From Camelus dromedarius (Eukaryota), in the NCBI RefSeq assembly GCF_036321535.1, contig NC_087445.1, positions 18,910,001-18,974,000 on the forward strand: DNA of 64,000 nucleotides, read 5' to 3'. A program made the position numbers and the translations under genes. Below are positions 61,647 to 64,000 of the stretch, in pieces. Numbering within the stretch: position 1 is the stretch's first letter; each line of letters begins with the position of its first letter. The notes beneath the pieces were generated by a model. It did not search any database and was not told the origin of the DNA. It saw only the letters and a program-made list of their open reading frames with translations.

Positions 61647-64000
61647 CCTGCCAGCTTCTTATAAAGCTCTGTGCCTTTTAATAGCATCCTCCCCTCATGT
61701 GGGGTGGCTGGGGCTCTAATGGACTCACCTGGAATCTCAGTCCCTCTTCTTATATCTCATGTCTGTCCCCTGCTTTGAATTGTTTCCACATTCATCTGAG
61801 GTCTGTCCCAACACCTCCTACCTGACTGCTTTCTTTCGCCCTTCCCCCTTGAGTCTGATGGGTAGCGGAAAGGTCACTTCCCAATAATTCCAGGAATCCC
61901 AGCTCTTCCTCCTTCAGAACTTCACAGTGAGACCCAGGGATTTGTCACGATCAGCCACTTTGGGCCTGGACCAGAATTCCAGGTCTGACTTACTTGAAAG
62001 TGGCAGCAGAAACTTAGCTCCAGCGGATGGAGATGAAATTCGGCTCTCTATAGTCCAGATGCTTAGAATGATCCTCCAATTATCACAGGAAGGTTGTTGC
62101 CTCTGGCTGGAAAAAATTACATTTCTAGCCTCATCATGAGCTACTCACCTCCCTGAATCATTCTCCACAGTGAATTTTCTTCTGGTTCTTAAACCTTTGG
62201 TGCTTATCCCTTGCTATCTGCCCTAACGGTCAGCGCCCTGGCTGCCACTCTCCGCCCTGCCAGTGCATCCTTATCAGGTCAGCCCACACAGCCAGCGCTC
62301 TTTGTCGTGTGACAATAACATAGCTTGCATGACTCTACTTACAGAAAATGTCCAGTGAGCATGTGCTTTCAGTGAATGCTTTCCATGCAAGAAATTATTG
62401 ACGTGTAGAACTTGAAGGTAATTGATCAGGGAGGTGGGTGAGTAAATTTGCATAGCAGAACTCAGGGATCCTTTGAGAAAGCAGGAAACAAAAGCCTAAC
62501 CCCTTCATCCCAAGAGTCAGTTATTAAAAACTTGATTAATTGTCTTAGCGTGGTGCTAGATACAATGTAAGTCAGCCCAGGAATAACAGCATTTACAAAC
62601 TAAATTGTTAACTAAATATAAATGTCTCTTTTTGGTTTAAATTATACAAATATGCCAGTTACATGTGTAAATATTTTGGAATAGGATGCCCATTACTAGG
62701 ATCACTGCTATGAATTAGAATTTTTTTTCACCTTGCTTATACTTCGTTTCTTTGTTTTTAAATTGGCAAGACATCAAAATGGTCTTCTTTAATTCTAATT
62801 TCCTGCCTTCTTCCTAGCTGGAGGTCATGGGAGACCAATATACACAGTCTCTAAGCCAGTATTTGACTACATCCAGCAGATGGCAGGATAACTTCAAGTT
62901 TACATAGCTTTGGTTAAGGAATGTGTCATTCACTAGTCAAAGACTCCAAAGCTGAGGGCCTGGAAGACGGAGGAGAAAGGTTGCCTAAAACCTTTATTCT
63001 CTCACGGCTTTAGCTTAATCCAGCTCAACACTGAAGAGTGAATCACTAAAGGCCATTAAAGGCTTCCAGTAACACATGGAGAGCATAGTTGATGAAGTGA
63101 CCGCTGCTGCTTACGCTGTGCCCTCAGACCTAAGTCGATTCACCTGCCTTCTTGGTTCAAGGTTGGGGAGCGGCTACCCAAAAGGAATAGTCTATGTGAC
63201 ACTCACGTAGATCTTCCAGTTGTTCCCTTGACTGTACGTGCACTTGGATGCAGTTCTAATATAAGTCTGAAAAACATGTCAGAAGCTATAATGACTAAAT
63301 GATGGCAACAGTATTATCGTCATTCAAAAAGATTTTGCATTCCAGGATGAGAACTGTCTTCAGAGCCAGTTTACAAGTGGATAAGAATATCAGACTCATT
63401 GCTTTATCTTAAAATGAAAACTGTTTAATTCAAGTTGATTACAGCCTTACCGACCACATGATTAGTAAAAATTTCCAGTGATTAGATCTGGGCTATATGG
63501 CATTAATTTAGCATACTGCATCCAATGTACTGTCATTCTAAGAGCATTCAAAATTAATGTATTTCTATTTTCTAGAAAATAGAGTCAATTTCTATTTACT
63601 TACTTCTTGGACCTTCTTATCTGTTTATATATGAACACAAATTTACATATGTATCTATTCATACGATGTCTCTTGTGCACACTTACAGTTTGGACTAAAA
63701 GAAACAGTCCCAGTAAGAACTGGAAATAAACAGAAAAATCAGTTAAAAACAGTAAAATACCTTAATTTTTGCAATTTTAATTTTGAAAGTTTTCATTCAA
63801 AAATTAAGAGAAAAATCTAAATTGCTTTTGAATATATATTTAAAAATTAATGACAGTTGGAGAATTGAAAGGAGTATCATATGTCAAAGACATATAGAAG
63901 TACTGTTAAAAGTAAAGCATAAATCAATACATTTGACAACCAAACATATAATGGTTAAGATAATACATATAAACTGCTTAAACTTCCCTATTAAAAGAAA

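Overview
Mammalian type I interferon cluster around KLHL9. The species is probably a camelid, inferred from a tRNA-derived SINE at 41.3 kb that resembles camelid Vic-1. Intact CDSs are KLHL9 (minus strand, partly N-masked), two IFN-delta genes, one IFN-alpha (5 aa short at the C-terminus) and one IFN-omega. At least seven IFN pseudogene fragments are also present. The core of the window is a duplicated cassette: [GC/CpG element] - [minus-strand IFN pseudogene] - [95-bp tandem array] - [IFN-delta] - [IFN-alpha or its flank] - [IFN-omega or its remnant]. The most unusual structure is a ~50-copy 95-bp array upstream of the first IFN-delta. It carries repeated AP-2 (TFAP2) motifs and octamer-like motifs and contains a solo ERV LTR. 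That gene also has a broken IRF site, no TATA box and a short 3' UTR without AU-rich elements. Its paralog has only ~6 monomers, no AP-2 match and an intact IRF site. Together this suggests, as a hypothesis only, a switch from virus-inducible to developmental (trophoblast) control. A second oddity is a 351-bp CpG-rich core that is identical at three sites whose flanks are strongly diverged. All counts and identities were made by eye, no database search was possible, and repeat family names are tentative.
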